Source of the DNA: Octopus sinensis
Taxonomy: Eukaryota
Length of the DNA: 5,882 nucleotides
Reading direction: 5' to 3'
Assembly: GCF_006345805.1 (NCBI RefSeq)
Contig: NW_021829719.1
Span: 1-5,882 of the forward strand
The number at the start of each line of letters is the position of its first letter. Position 1 is the stretch's first letter. Shown in pieces: positions 5,419 to 5,882 of the stretch. Position numbers and translations under genes: made by a program. Under the pieces are notes generated by a model. It was not told where the DNA came from, made no database searches, and was given only the letters and a program-made list of their open reading frames with translations.

Positions 5419-5671
5419 ATACATCCGTGTGTGTGTTTATATGTATGTGAACATGTATGGCGTTTCTTTTCTTATTGTTATCAAACCTAATAATAAGCGG
5501 ATCAGGTGTTCCTCAGAGTCTTTAATAAGATATCGTAACATGTAAACATGAGTTATATTAATGAGGTGGTTTGCTAAAACTTTAGTCCTTTCAAAATATG
5601 ATGTGCTACATCATACCTTTTGAAGTAGATATATAATGTAAAAGTATAATTTCCTCATGTTAAGATACACC

Positions 5672-5797
5672 CACACACATACAGGTATGTATATGTATGT
5701 ATGTCTATATATGTGTGTATGTGTATGTGTGTGTGTGTGTATATGCACATACACATACATACACGCACATGTACAGCCACACACAGATACATAGATA
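5672..5797. repeat. Degenerate (TATG)n/(TG)n/(CA)n microsatellite field
   Basis: Direct reading. Confidence 0.88.
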
Positions 5798-5882
5798 GAC
5801 TGAATGGCAGATAGGTAAATAAAGTTTACTTCACAAGAAATTAGAAACTTGGAGAGAATGGGAAAACAATTCGTTTTAATTG

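Noticed and set aside
4041-5420. ORFs 4041-4397, 4172-4369, 4299-4538, 4818-5129 and 5190-5420
   Set aside because: They span microsatellites, SINE sequence and the fold-back element, with no coherent coding signal.
5590-5624. Small hairpin TTCAAAA-TATGATGT-GCT-ACATCATA-CC-TTTTGAA
   Set aside because: A 15-bp AT-rich stem with a bulge and only weak outer pairing (AACATGAG/CTCATGTT). Compatible with chance or a very old fold-back, so nothing further can be claimed.
1-5882. CRISPR array or prokaryotic defence/operon-type system
   Set aside because: No repeat-spacer periodicity, no gene-dense coding, and all recognisable elements are eukaryotic transposon relics.

Overview
Eukaryotic, repeat-saturated, non-genic DNA, most likely from a coleoid cephalopod such as Octopus. 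That assignment is an inference from the SINE and retroposon-tail sequences and the dense (TA)n/(ACAT)n/(CA)n tracts. No intact protein-coding gene is supported: the supplied ORFs are microsatellite read-throughs, antisense or off-frame readings of dead transposases, or featureless. Hand translation of minus-strand frames that the ORF track missed because of stops and frameshifts shows two TA-flanked, internally deleted IS630-Tc1-mariner relics. One is a DD34D mariner (877-1748) with a CTCF-like motif next to its 5' TIR. The other is a DD37D/maT-type element or composite (3309-4198). There is also one tRNA-derived SINE (4391-4735) and three retroposon 3'-tail fragments. The least explained features are structural: a near-perfect 105-bp-arm hairpin running off the left edge (1-211), a 240-bp fold-back/MITE-like element (4938-5177), a 38-bp-arm inverted repeat around a (TA)n tract (5230-5418), and a pyrimidine-rich block (1857-2420) with two diverged units that each begin with a partial hammerhead-ribozyme motif. 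No database search or folding program was run; all alignments were done by eye.
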